Source of the DNA: a virus
Direction: 5' to 3' (one strand)
Length of the DNA: 64,000 bases
IMG/VR virus record: IMGVR_UViG_3300003937_000144
Coordinates: 1-64,000 of that record
Position numbers and translations under genes: made by a program. The first letter of the stretch is position 1; each line of letters starts with the position of its first letter. Positions 9,027 to 18,859 of this stretch are shown one piece after another. Below the pieces are notes generated by a model that ran no database searches, was not told the origin of the DNA, and saw only the letters and a program-made list of their open reading frames with translations.

Positions 9027-10246
9027 ATCTAAAGAAACACATAGCAGAAGCTAAGAATACTCACATGACTCACATTGAGGACATGGTGATTGACGGTGGT
9101 GTACAAGGAGCACGGTCAGCTATCTTCGCATTACGTGATTTAAGAGACATGTTAGCTGGTCATTCGAATGACACTAAGCAAGTCACGGTCAAATGGGATG
9201 GTGCACCAGCTGTATTTGCTGGTATCGACCCGAGTGATGGTAAGTTCTTTGTTGCAAAGAAAGGAATATTCAATAAGAATCCTATGGTATATAAGAGCGT
9301 TAAAGAAGTTAAAGCCGATACCTCTGGAGATTTAGCAGCAAAACTCACAATAGCATTTCAAGAATTAAGTAAACTTGGTATTAAACAAGGAGTCTACCAA
9401 GGTGATATTATGTTCACTAAAAAAGACTTAAAGAAACAAACAATTGACGGGAGGAAGTATGTAACCTTTCACCCGAACACTATAGTATATGCAGTACCCG
9501 TTGAAGCAGCAAAAGATATTATGAGAGCAAAGATTGGCGTAGTGTGGCATACTTATTACTCAGGCGCAACCTTTGAAAAAATGAATGCATCCTTTGGTGT
9601 AACCATTGGATCATTTAAAACAGTCCGAACGGTATGGCAAAAATCAGCCAACCTACCAGACATATCTGGTTTAGCCACACTAACTAAAAGGGACACAGAT
9701 GAAATTACGAAACATATATCAAACGCAGGAAAGCTCTTTCAAAAGATCTCTGCCAATACGCTTACTGACGTATCTACAAATACGGATATTAATTTACTTA
9801 TTAATACCTTTAGAAACACGAAAGTTAGATCGCAAGATGAAGTTACTAACTCAGCAAGATACGTACAAGAGCTCATTAGCTGGATCGAAGATCGATATAA
9901 CACAGAAAAAGAGAGACTTAAAAGCGATGCTGGCAAGGATAGGAAGGAAGAAGCGAAGCTTGCAGCACTAGAATTCTTCTCAGATGAGAACAAAGATGGG
10001 CTTATAAGTATGCTTGATATGCAAAACGAGCTAGTAATGGCTAAGAAAATGCTATTAAAGCATCTTGACAGCATGGATAGTATAAATACTTTTATAAAGA
10101 CTAAAGACGGTTTTAAAGTAACAGGTGCTGAAGGATATGTTGCTATAGATCATTTAACTAATGGCGCTGTTAAAATTGTAGATAGGATGGAATTTTCTTA
10201 TAATAACTTTAGCAAAGACATTATAAAAGGATGGGAGTCCGATTAA
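9023..10246 (+). CDS. DUF6267-like protein with ATP-dependent ligase/nucleotidyltransferase motifs
   Basis: TVKWDGAP (KxDG), YQGDIMF, AEGYVA, AVKIVDR; leader MNLKKHIAEA. Confidence 0.7.
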   Translation: MNLKKHIAEAKNTHMTHIEDMVIDGGVQGARSAIFALRDLRDMLAGHSNDTKQVTVKWDGAPAVFAGIDPSDGKFFVAKKGIFNKNPMVYKSVKEVKADTSGDLAAKLTIAFQELSKLGIKQGVYQGDIMFTKKDLKKQTIDGRKYVTFHPNTIVYAVPVEAAKDIMRAKIGVVWHTYYSGATFEKMNASFGVTIGSFKTVRTVWQKSANLPDISGLATLTKRDTDEITKHISNAGKLFQKISANTLTDVSTNTDINLLINTFRNTKVRSQDEVTNSARYVQELISWIEDRYNTEKERLKSDAGKDRKEEAKLAALEFFSDENKDGLISMLDMQNELVMAKKMLLKHLDSMDSINTFIKTKDGFKVTGAEGYVAIDHLTNGAVKIVDRMEFSYNNFSKDIIKGWESD

Positions 10247-10259
10247 AAGAAAATCGAAA

Positions 10260-10547
10260 TTGCCAGATCCTAAAATTTATTATTTTGATGTAAAAATTAA
10301 TAAGAGAGAACCTATAGAGGGTAGAATTGCAGATACTAGTAATACTGGTTATACACATGAACGTAAAGCTGGCGGACCACTAAATCCAACAAAAGTTAAA
10401 TACTTTGATTCTGCACAAGCAATAAAAATAGCTTTAAACAATACTAAAGTACCAGAAGATTTTATAAGAGATTTTTTAAGTAATGACTTTCTTGTAAGCC
10501 CACGAGCTATATTAGTAACCAAAAATGGTAAAAAGGAGAAGTTATAA
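10260..10547 (+). CDS. Hypothetical protein, probably lacking its 5' end
   Basis: Frame open upstream of the TTG with no ATG or RBS. Confidence 0.4.
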   Translation: MPDPKIYYFDVKINKREPIEGRIADTSNTGYTHERKAGGPLNPTKVKYFDSAQAIKIALNNTKVPEDFIRDFLSNDFLVSPRAILVTKNGKKEKL

Positions 10548-10549
10548 CC

Positions 10550-11095
10550 ATGAAATTAATAGACAAATTAGTAAAAGAGTTTACCTCAATAAATGAGGCT
10601 AGACCAAAAGATAATCATAGATGGAATGCTAACGATGAGATATCAACTATGAATTACATCTACAAAGATTTTAAAAAAGAATTAGGTAGAGATCCAGGTA
10701 AACCATATATGGACGATGATGCATTAGTAGTAGGTGATGAGACTGTGCTTAATGTTAAAGACAACACATCAGTCGGTGATATGAAAAAAGCAGTAGGAGC
10801 ATGGGTTGCAAAAAATGCAAAGGCAGCACCTGGTGAAACTAAGTTCGGTAAATTTAATGTTAAGTTACCTACTGAATTAGGTGGAGTACTTGGTAATAAA
10901 GCAACTAAGCTTGAAAATCCACGTGCGGTATTAAAGACCGATGTTGACAGCGCGAAAGAAATTCAACGTGTTGTGAAAGGCAAAGGTGTTAAATTCCGTA
11001 TGATGAAACGTAAAGATCACGTTGCTGTATATCTTGACTTCGATGACGGTAAATTAATGCAAGATGCACTGAAGAAAATAGCAAAAATTAAATAG
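10550..11095 (+). CDS. Hypothetical, probable internal head protein
   Basis: AGGAG RBS; leader ending ...SINE/A. Confidence 0.6.
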   Translation: MKLIDKLVKEFTSINEARPKDNHRWNANDEISTMNYIYKDFKKELGRDPGKPYMDDDALVVGDETVLNVKDNTSVGDMKKAVGAWVAKNAKAAPGETKFGKFNVKLPTELGGVLGNKATKLENPRAVLKTDVDSAKEIQRVVKGKGVKFRMMKRKDHVAVYLDFDDGKLMQDALKKIAKIK

Positions 11096-11104
11096 GAAAA
11101 TAAT

Positions 11105-11380
11105 ATGTCAGTAACTGTAACAGCAGCATTGAGAGATATGCAAGAAGCACAAGAACTAAAAGAAAAATGGAATGAAAAGGTTTCCCTTAAAGGCTTAGAC
11201 CAATTCCGCGCGATGTATAAAACATGGTTAAAATCTGGAGTTGATCCAAGATTTATTAAAGCAATGGAAAAATTATATGACGATATGGTAATTGGCGGCA
11301 TGTATTCTTCTCGTAGTGCTGAAGATGCTGGCATTCTAAAAATCGACGGCAAAACCAAATATAAGAACGCGAACTGGTAA
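11105..11380 (+). CDS. Hypothetical protein
   Basis: AGGA RBS, tight packing. Confidence 0.6.
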   Translation: MSVTVTAALRDMQEAQELKEKWNEKVSLKGLDQFRAMYKTWLKSGVDPRFIKAMEKLYDDMVIGGMYSSRSAEDAGILKIDGKTKYKNANW

Positions 11381-12198
11381 TGTCACTGCATAGCTTTAAA
11401 GAACACCTTCTCAAAGAGGCCGCAGCAAAAACGGTCACAGTAAACTTTGGTCGTTTCAATCCTCCCACTATCGGTCATGAAAAACTACTAGATATTAGTA
11501 TGTCCAAAGGTACCGGTGACCATAGAGTATATGCATCCCAAACCGCAGGCAATAAAAAGAATCCATTAGATTGGAAGACTAAAATTAAATTTATGCGTAA
11601 GATGTTTCCTAAGCATGCAAGACATATCCTTATGGATAAGAAAATTAAAACAATTTGGGATGTAGCAGTTACTTGTTATAAAGATGGATATACAGAATTC
11701 GAATTAGTTGTTGGTGATGACAGACACCAAGAATTTGTTAAACTTTTAGATGATTTTAATGGTAAAAAAGCTAGACATGGATTTTATGAATTTGATGTAA
11801 TAGATGTTATAAGCGCTGGTGTAAGAGACCCAGATGCTGAAGGTGCTGAAGGTATGTCAGCTTCCAAGATGAGAGCCGCTGCTGAAGACAATGACCTAAT
11901 TGCATTTACTAAGGGTGTACCAAAGAAATTTAAAGATGCCGAGGGACTAATGAAAGCAGTTCAAGCCGGCATGGGTATAAAGGAATCAAAACCTTATAGA
12001 CATATCAAATTAAAGAAAACTTCAAATCTAAGAGAAAAGTTTGTGGCTGGTAAACTGTTTAAAGTGAATGATCCGGTTGTAACTAAAGGTGGCAGAGAGG
12101 GTGTTATAGATACATTAGGAGCTAATCACGTTAAGGTGAAATTGAAAGAATCAGAAACATTTAAAACATTCTGGTTACAAGATATAATTACTACATAA
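11380..12198 (+). CDS. HIGH-superfamily nucleotidyltransferase (phage cytidylyltransferase-like)
   Basis: FGRFNPPTIGHEKL, VVGDDR, MSASKMR; leader MSLHSFKEHLLKE/A. Confidence 0.88.
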   Translation: MSLHSFKEHLLKEAAAKTVTVNFGRFNPPTIGHEKLLDISMSKGTGDHRVYASQTAGNKKNPLDWKTKIKFMRKMFPKHARHILMDKKIKTIWDVAVTCYKDGYTEFELVVGDDRHQEFVKLLDDFNGKKARHGFYEFDVIDVISAGVRDPDAEGAEGMSASKMRAAAEDNDLIAFTKGVPKKFKDAEGLMKAVQAGMGIKESKPYRHIKLKKTSNLREKFVAGKLFKVNDPVVTKGGREGVIDTLGANHVKVKLKESETFKTFWLQDIITT

Positions 12199-12207
12199 GG
12201 AGAAAGT

Positions 12208-12453
12208 ATGGCATTAAGAAGAGTAGGCGCGTATGCAAATAGTATTGCAACACCACGTGGTATTGTTAGTGTGGAAGGCCAGTTATTAATAGCTAACGAT
12301 GGCACTAGATACATCCATAGCCAAGAGTTTATGGATAAATGGAATGGATTAAGCTCGGACTTACCAGCGACTGGCGATACAACTACCAGTAGCGCTAGTC
12401 CAAAACCAAAAGCAAAGGTAAAGAAAAAGAAAAAATCTTGGTTTAAAAAATAA
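12208..12453 (+). CDS. Hypothetical protein with basic C-terminal tail
   Basis: AGGAG RBS; ATPRGIV motif. Confidence 0.6.
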   Translation: MALRRVGAYANSIATPRGIVSVEGQLLIANDGTRYIHSQEFMDKWNGLSSDLPATGDTTTSSASPKPKAKVKKKKKSWFKK

Positions 12454-12455
12454 AG

Positions 12456-12463
12456 TATAAATA
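12456..12463 (+). promoter_or_regulatory. Late promoter TATAAATA
   Basis: Exact consensus just before ORF 12470. Confidence 0.7.
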
Positions 12464-12469
12464 TATATT

Positions 12470-12826
12470 ATGGAATTGACTAAGAGTAACTTCGAGTTAT
12501 ATGCTGCAAAGCATTATCAGAAAGATAAGTGGGCAACTACAGAGGATTTCAAGGAAGATATATCTAGATTTAAGTATATTAACCGGCTTGTCAATAGATA
12601 TTATCGTGATGACGATTTAAAAGAGCGATTAATACTAAACCATATTATTATATTAGGTAATGTTTTAGGACCTAAGATCTGTGCAGAGATACTAATGTGC
12701 AAGACGCATGACGTATTAAAAAGTACAGTTAAAACATTTCTGGTTTATTTGAACTATTTGCCAGAAGAAGAGTTTGTCGAGGTCCCATTAGATGTAACAA
12801 TTATAGATGTATTAAGGAAGCTATGA
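12470..12826 (+). CDS. Conserved T4-like late hypothetical protein
   Basis: FELYAAKHY...RFKYINRL...ERLILNHIIIL pattern common in T4-like phages. Confidence 0.75.
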   Translation: MELTKSNFELYAAKHYQKDKWATTEDFKEDISRFKYINRLVNRYYRDDDLKERLILNHIIILGNVLGPKICAEILMCKTHDVLKSTVKTFLVYLNYLPEEEFVEVPLDVTIIDVLRKL

Positions 12827-13344
12827 GTCAATATTTAAAAGAGAGTGCTGTAGATTTATTCATTACGTATAAGTTTCTTCGCTTACTTACAACACCTTGG
12901 AAAAAGACCGATGCCTATAAGGAAGGTGTAATTGACGATAGGGGTAAGTTACTTGTTAAGGGTGACATACAATCAAACTCTCAAAAGAAAACTTATACGG
13001 TATTTCATAAGTTAGTATTTAATTTAAAAAGAATTTTAGAGAAGGTACCATTCGGTAAATCTAGAATAGCTTCATATGCTGCTGCATTGTTTCTCCTTAG
13101 GGAAGAGACTGGCATGGCAGAAGAAGATATGCTTAAAGTATTACAAGACTTAGGTCATGATACTTCACTTGACTTAAATGAAGACTTCAAGAACCTTGAA
13201 GAAGGTCAACACATCCTGAATCACGAAGGATACAAAGGAACGGTTGTGCATTTAGAATCAACAAAGCCAGTTGGATACTTCGCTGGTGTTCCTATATATA
13301 ATACCAAAGAAAACATTTTTATATCTGTTAATAACATACTGTAA
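12823..13344 (+). CDS. Conserved T4-like hypothetical protein
   Basis: DLFITYKFLRLLTTPW...AYKEGVID...FHKLVFNLKR; leader YLKE/S. Confidence 0.7.
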   Translation: MSQYLKESAVDLFITYKFLRLLTTPWKKTDAYKEGVIDDRGKLLVKGDIQSNSQKKTYTVFHKLVFNLKRILEKVPFGKSRIASYAAALFLLREETGMAEEDMLKVLQDLGHDTSLDLNEDFKNLEEGQHILNHEGYKGTVVHLESTKPVGYFAGVPIYNTKENIFISVNNIL

Positions 13345-13366
13345 TACATAATTTAATTGGAGTGAC

Positions 13367-15661
13367 ATGACGTCTATCTTTGTAACGAAGCGTAGCGGCG
13401 AGACTGAGCCGTTCAATATTAATAAAATCCACCGAGTTCTTGAATGGGCGTGTCAAGACTTAGTTGGGGTATCGGTCTCTGAAATAGAGATGAGAGCCAA
13501 TGTTCAAGTATATGAGGCAATGGAATCTGTTAAGATCCATGATCTCTTAATCAAATCAACATCCGAACTAATAAGTGAAGCAACACCTAACTATCAGACT
13601 GTTGCAGCAAGGCTAATCAATTATAAATTAAAGAAACTTGTATATGGTGACAAGGACCCATGGCGATTAAAAGATATTATTGACCATAATATTGATGCTG
13701 GAGTCTATGATGCAGATATATTAAACATGTATTCTGATGCTGAATTAGATTATATTGATTCGCAAATAGTAGATCATTCACGTGATGATGACTTCACATA
13801 TGCTGGTATGGAACAAATGAGATCCAAGTATTTGGTACAGAATAGATCAGATGGTACCATATACGAAACGCCTCAGGTATTATATATTATGATTGCCATG
13901 ACATTATTCGGTAGATATAATGGTAGGCGTATAAAGTTTATAAGAGAATTCTATAATGCTATATCACAATTCTATATCTCATTGCCAACACCTATCATGG
14001 CTGGTTGCCGAACGCCTACAAGACAATTCTCGTCATGTGTAGTCTTAGAATCTAATGACTCATTAGACTCAATCAATGCAACATCAACTTCAATCGTTAA
14101 ATACATTTCAAAGAAAGCCGGCTTAGGAATTAATGCTGGAAAGATTAGAGCGGTTGGTAGTAATATTGGTGATGGTTCTATTGCACATACTGGTCTAATA
14201 CCATTCCTCAAATTGTTTCAAGCATCGGTCAAATCTTGTTCTCAAGGTGGAGTGCGAGGTGGTGCCGCAACTGTATATATGCCTGTTTGGCATTATGAAT
14301 TTGAGGATCTTGTTGTATTAAAAAACAATAGAGGTACTGAAGAGAATCGTGTACGTAATATGGATTATGCATTTCAGTTTAACCAGTTAATGTATGAACG
14401 ACTATTAGAAGGTGGCAAAATAACATTCTTCTCACCTAATGATGTCCCTGGATTGTATGATGCATTCTTTGAGGATCAAGATCTATTCAAAGAGTTATAT
14501 GAAAAGTATGAGAGGTCATGGAAGATCCGTAAGAAATCTCTACCAGCCCTCGAGGTATTCTCTCAATTCCTAACAGAACGTAAAGAGACTGGACGAATAT
14601 ATCTACAAAATGTAGACCATGCAAATACACATGGGGCATTTATAGAGAAACAAGCTCCGATACACCAGTCGAATTTATGTTGCGAAATCGATCTGCCAAG
14701 TCACGGATTAGAATCATATGACGATACAAGTAAAGGTGAGATCAGTTTATGTACTCTTTCAGCAATTAATTGGGGTCTAATAAATGACCCACGTGATTTT
14801 GAAAAGTATTGTGAGTTAGCAGTACGTTCTCTTGATGCTCTCCTTGACTATCAAAACTATCCTGTTGTTGCGGCAGAAAGATCCACAATGAACCGCAGAC
14901 CACTAGGTGTAGGCATCATAAACTTTGCCTACTTCTTGGCGAAGCGTGGGCTGAAGTACAATGAGGAAGCCCTTGCCACCGTTGATATCTACGCAGAAGC
15001 ATGGTCATATTATCTCATAAAAGCTAGTGCAGATCTAGCAAAAGAGAAGGATTGTTGTTATAAAAATCTCGAGACTAAGTACGGGCATGGTATCTTGCCG
15101 ATAGATAGCTATAAACCCGAGGTCAATGAATTAGTCAAACATAAGGAAAGAATGCCTTGGAAGGCGTTACGGGCGCAGCTTTTGAAATCCGGCATAAGAA
15201 ATTCGACATTAATGGCTATTATGCCCGCTGAAACCTCGGCCCAGATAGGTAATGCTACAAATGGTATTGAACCACCTCGTGCATTAGTATCATATAAGCA
15301 ATCGAAGGACGGAGTTATGGCACAAGTTGTACCACAAATCCATAATCTTAAAAACAAATATGATCTATTATGGGACCAACCTGGACCAGAAGGTTACTTA
15401 AAGATCATGGCAGTACTTCAGAAGTATGTTGACCAAGGTATATCAGTAAACACCAGTTATAATCCAGCACAATATGAAGACAATAAAATACCAATGTCTG
15501 AGATGATGAAGGACTTAATTACCTTCTATAAATATGGTGGTAAACAATTATATTATTTTAATACTAATGACCTGACTAATGAAGATGAGTCACAATTAGG
15601 AAGAGAGGATTTTAGCAGTGATAAAGAATATGATGACTATTGTGAAAGCTGTGTTTTATAA
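13367..15661 (+). CDS. nrdA: Ribonucleotide reductase class Ia alpha subunit
   Basis: ATP cone VTKRSG, PTPIMAG, QFSSC, SNLCCEI, CTLSA, C-terminal CESC. Confidence 0.98.
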   Translation: MTSIFVTKRSGETEPFNINKIHRVLEWACQDLVGVSVSEIEMRANVQVYEAMESVKIHDLLIKSTSELISEATPNYQTVAARLINYKLKKLVYGDKDPWRLKDIIDHNIDAGVYDADILNMYSDAELDYIDSQIVDHSRDDDFTYAGMEQMRSKYLVQNRSDGTIYETPQVLYIMIAMTLFGRYNGRRIKFIREFYNAISQFYISLPTPIMAGCRTPTRQFSSCVVLESNDSLDSINATSTSIVKYISKKAGLGINAGKIRAVGSNIGDGSIAHTGLIPFLKLFQASVKSCSQGGVRGGAATVYMPVWHYEFEDLVVLKNNRGTEENRVRNMDYAFQFNQLMYERLLEGGKITFFSPNDVPGLYDAFFEDQDLFKELYEKYERSWKIRKKSLPALEVFSQFLTERKETGRIYLQNVDHANTHGAFIEKQAPIHQSNLCCEIDLPSHGLESYDDTSKGEISLCTLSAINWGLINDPRDFEKYCELAVRSLDALLDYQNYPVVAAERSTMNRRPLGVGIINFAYFLAKRGLKYNEEALATVDIYAEAWSYYLIKASADLAKEKDCCYKNLETKYGHGILPIDSYKPEVNELVKHKERMPWKALRAQLLKSGIRNSTLMAIMPAETSAQIGNATNGIEPPRALVSYKQSKDGVMAQVVPQIHNLKNKYDLLWDQPGPEGYLKIMAVLQKYVDQGISVNTSYNPAQYEDNKIPMSEMMKDLITFYKYGGKQLYYFNTNDLTNEDESQLGREDFSSDKEYDDYCESCVL

Positions 15662-17079
15662 TGAAAATATTAGGAATATCTGAAGGAAGCCACGATGCTT
15701 GTTGGTGCTTAATTGAAGATGGCGAGATACTAGAAGCTCACCATCAAGAAAGACATGATCGTATTAAAAATTCTAAATGGTTAGATGCTAGCCTACTCCC
15801 AAAAGCCGATGTTGTAGTCGGTCATCAAATACTTGACAATGTAAATGCCCGCCGTAAATGGTCAGGACAACCACCAATGAAAAGGAATATTCCTGTTGAC
15901 TATGAATATAACCATCATGAAACACATGCATGGGCTGGTTGGGCCACATCTCCATTTGATGATTGCGATATATTAACTATGGATGCTGTAGGTGAATGGG
16001 AGACTGCTACAGTTCATGAAGTACGTGATGGAGTAATGAAACAAACTTGGGGAATGAAATACCCTAAGTCTTTTGGTATGCCATACTCTTATGTAACAGA
16101 AAAGTTAGGTTATAAACCAATGCAAGACGAATATATTGTTATGGCAATGGCAGCACTTGGTGGTAGATACGATAGAGAAGACTCAAAGCTTTTTGGTTTT
16201 ATAGATGCTGTACCTAAAATATCTCCGTTGTTCCAAGGCAGTTGCCATTCAGAGCATTGGTTATTTCAACGACGATATGAGAATGCTCAAATACAGATTA
16301 ACGATAAAAATGATAATAGAAATATGGCTCGAAATATTCAAGACCATTATGAATACTATTTCCTTAAAACAATTCAAAGACATACCTCTCATGATAATTT
16401 AATTATTATGGGTGGATGTGCATTAAACTGTGTAGCTAATAGTAAAGCAAAGTCTATGAAGGAAGCTATTTGGATAATGCCAAACCCTGGTGATGGAGGC
16501 TCTGCCCTCGGAGCAGCGGCAAGACATTACGGAAAGAAACTAAATTGGAAAGGACCATACTTAGGAACTCAAGTACCTAGAATGGATCCACATAAAATAA
16601 TAAAAGAATTATTAGGTGGTGGTATAGCTGCGGTATGTTCTGGTAGAGCAGAGTTCGGACCAAGAGCATTAGGTAACAGATCACTATTATGTGATCCAAG
16701 AGGAAAACAAGAATTCCTTCATCCTATATATGGTATAAAAAAACGAGCAGAAACTTGGAGACCATTCGCACCTGCAATTTTATCAGAATATTATGAGCAA
16801 TATTTTATAGGACACGCCAGTCAGTATATGCAATTCACACCTAAACACCTAAGCCCAGATTTTAATTTAGTTGAGCATGTAGATAGGACAGCAAGAGTTC
16901 AATTAGTTAAACCACAATGTGATAGTATATTAAGAGAAGTATTAGAATTGTGGTATAAAGAAACAGGTTGCCCTATGTTACTTAATACTTCTTTGAACGT
17001 TAAAAATGAACCAATAGTTGATACAATGGATGACTATAGAAACTTTATTAAATGGAGTGGATTAAATGATCTTAGCTAA
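15661..17079 (+). CDS. Carbamoyltransferase (NodU/CmcH family)
   Basis: ILGISEGSHD, HHETHA, MGGCALNC, PGDGGSALGA, EFGPRALGNRS, RPFAP, LLNTSLN. Confidence 0.92.
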   Translation: MKILGISEGSHDACWCLIEDGEILEAHHQERHDRIKNSKWLDASLLPKADVVVGHQILDNVNARRKWSGQPPMKRNIPVDYEYNHHETHAWAGWATSPFDDCDILTMDAVGEWETATVHEVRDGVMKQTWGMKYPKSFGMPYSYVTEKLGYKPMQDEYIVMAMAALGGRYDREDSKLFGFIDAVPKISPLFQGSCHSEHWLFQRRYENAQIQINDKNDNRNMARNIQDHYEYYFLKTIQRHTSHDNLIIMGGCALNCVANSKAKSMKEAIWIMPNPGDGGSALGAAARHYGKKLNWKGPYLGTQVPRMDPHKIIKELLGGGIAAVCSGRAEFGPRALGNRSLLCDPRGKQEFLHPIYGIKKRAETWRPFAPAILSEYYEQYFIGHASQYMQFTPKHLSPDFNLVEHVDRTARVQLVKPQCDSILREVLELWYKETGCPMLLNTSLNVKNEPIVDTMDDYRNFIKWSGLNDLS

Positions 17080-18289
17080 CGGTTGTTCACACACGCATGG
17101 TACTAATCATGCTGTACTTAATAATTATGCAGATAAGCTATGGCCCAATATAGCTGGAAAGATGTTAGGTGATACTAATGTTGTTAACCTTGCTAAGGGT
17201 GGAGATTCAGCTGGAGCTATAGCAGATTCTACAATACACTGGATGGAAACAAATACAATCAAGCCAGATATGGTTATGATACAATGGACGTATGCAGATA
17301 GGTTTGATATTCCATATCATCGCTTATACGCAGATGATCCATTTCGTGATGGATGTTTTGTTGATAATATTAGATTAGGTATTGATCCGCCTTACTCAGA
17401 TAAGTTCACTTATTTAAATCAATATCCACGTGAAGGAATGATTAGGTTGACATCTACAGGAGGTTATCTATCTAAAGATGAGTCGACAGGAATGTTAAAA
17501 AGAATTCCTGATCTAATGGCTCACTTAGGTTTAAAGTTTCCAAACATATTATATCAGGCTGGGTACAAACAAAATGTGCATCCATATTATTTAGAGAACC
17601 ATGAAGATGAACATATGCAAGAGATCATAGAATATTATAAACGATATGTAGATTATAGAGAAGCTTATTTAAATCTACCAACAGCACATAATGAACTTAG
17701 ACATAAATGGGCAATGGCACAAAATCATGTTGCAGCTTATTGTGAAGCAAATGATATTCCTTATTATTGGTGGGGAACTGATGTGTGGTATCAACCAAAG
17801 TTTGCAGATCTTATGTATCTAAAACCTAAAACTGGTCATGAGATGTTTGCTAACTTAGGTTTTATAGACCAGTGGTTAGAGAGGCAGGGTATAATTGCAA
17901 ATGGTGATGCTATTGAAGGTGATATATCTGAAGAAGAAGTAGCAAAGAATCCTAACCTCATGCAAAACATAGACGATCATAGAGGAGAGGATGGTCATAA
18001 ATTCATTGGTGAAATGGTTGGTAATTTTATTAAGCATGGTATTGAGCCAGATCAAGATGATATAAATAAAGAATTATTAAAGGCAAACATATTATCTAGG
18101 CCTAACTTAACTCTGGAGAACGATGCAACAGGATTAAACCAGACTGGTGGGGACAATAATAGAAAAGAACACTATGAAGCATTACTCAGATGGTGTAACA
18201 GTGATGAGGCATTCCCAGGAGAAGGTTATCGCAGTGACATCTATGCAGCAACAAAAAGGCCATGGAGACCTCAATTTTACTATGATTAA
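17066..18289 (+). CDS. SGNH/GDSL-like hydrolase or acyltransferase
   Basis: ANGCSHTHG block I, NLAKGG block II, IQWT...R, DDH...GH block V. Confidence 0.7.
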   Translation: MILANGCSHTHGTNHAVLNNYADKLWPNIAGKMLGDTNVVNLAKGGDSAGAIADSTIHWMETNTIKPDMVMIQWTYADRFDIPYHRLYADDPFRDGCFVDNIRLGIDPPYSDKFTYLNQYPREGMIRLTSTGGYLSKDESTGMLKRIPDLMAHLGLKFPNILYQAGYKQNVHPYYLENHEDEHMQEIIEYYKRYVDYREAYLNLPTAHNELRHKWAMAQNHVAAYCEANDIPYYWWGTDVWYQPKFADLMYLKPKTGHEMFANLGFIDQWLERQGIIANGDAIEGDISEEEVAKNPNLMQNIDDHRGEDGHKFIGEMVGNFIKHGIEPDQDDINKELLKANILSRPNLTLENDATGLNQTGGDNNRKEHYEALLRWCNSDEAFPGEGYRSDIYAATKRPWRPQFYYD

Positions 18290-18337
18290 TCATAATATGG
18301 ATTTTTTCAATTATTTTGCGAAAATAGTTGCGTTTAC

Positions 18338-18368
18338 TATGTACTTTGCCTATAAATTATGTTATAAT
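18338..18368 (+). promoter_or_regulatory. TATGTAC...TGTTATAAT promoter preceded by an imperfect palindrome
   Basis: ATGTAC-N18-TATAAT; upstream attattttgcgaaaatagt. Confidence 0.65.
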
Positions 18369-18408
18369 GGTTCTTTAAATAAAAAAACGTATCCTGGACG
18401 TTTCAGGA

Positions 18409-18416
18409 TATAAATA
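18409..18416 (+). promoter_or_regulatory. Late promoter TATAAATA overlapping the 3' arm of hairpin TATCCTG-gacgttt-CAGGATA
   Basis: Exact consensus. Confidence 0.6.
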
Positions 18417-18420
18417 AATT

Positions 18421-18567
18421 ATGATTGAACTACTTACATGGGCGGGGATCGGATTCATAATAACACTCGCTGTCATAGGATTGTTATCCTCTTTTTTCTT
18501 CCCACTATTCCTTGAACTAAATAATGAAATAAATAAAAGGTTTAAGGATGATCTACCTCCGAACTGA
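18421..18567 (+). CDS. Small single-pass membrane protein (48 aa, not in track)
   Basis: MIELLTWAGIGFIITLAVIGLLSSFFFPLFLELNNEINKRFKDDLPPN. Confidence 0.6.
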   Translation: MIELLTWAGIGFIITLAVIGLLSSFFFPLFLELNNEINKRFKDDLPPN

Positions 18568-18603
18568 GGCTAAACTATTTTTAAAAACGACATAGGAGAA
18601 TAT

Positions 18604-18831
18604 ATGTTAGATAAAATCACAAACGGCGTAGCCGCCGCAACGGCTATAGCAATGTCACTTATTGGTTTGGCAATTATGTTGCAAATCGTATTTGGCGGCA
18701 GCGTGCCTTTTCTTGGCGGAGACGTCATTGGTACGATTATTGCAATAGTCCATCAGCTAGGTGACGCTGGATTGGTTGGATTAATTTCCGCAGCAATACT
18801 TTGGAAATTACTAACTTCAGATGATGCATAA
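18604..18831 (+). CDS. Small membrane protein
   Basis: AGGAG RBS; hydrophobic helices, LGDAGLVGLI motif. Confidence 0.75.
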   Translation: MLDKITNGVAAATAIAMSLIGLAIMLQIVFGGSVPFLGGDVIGTIIAIVHQLGDAGLVGLISAAILWKLLTSDDA

Positions 18832-18859
18832 ATAACATTCATTCAAAAATGAAGTGAGT

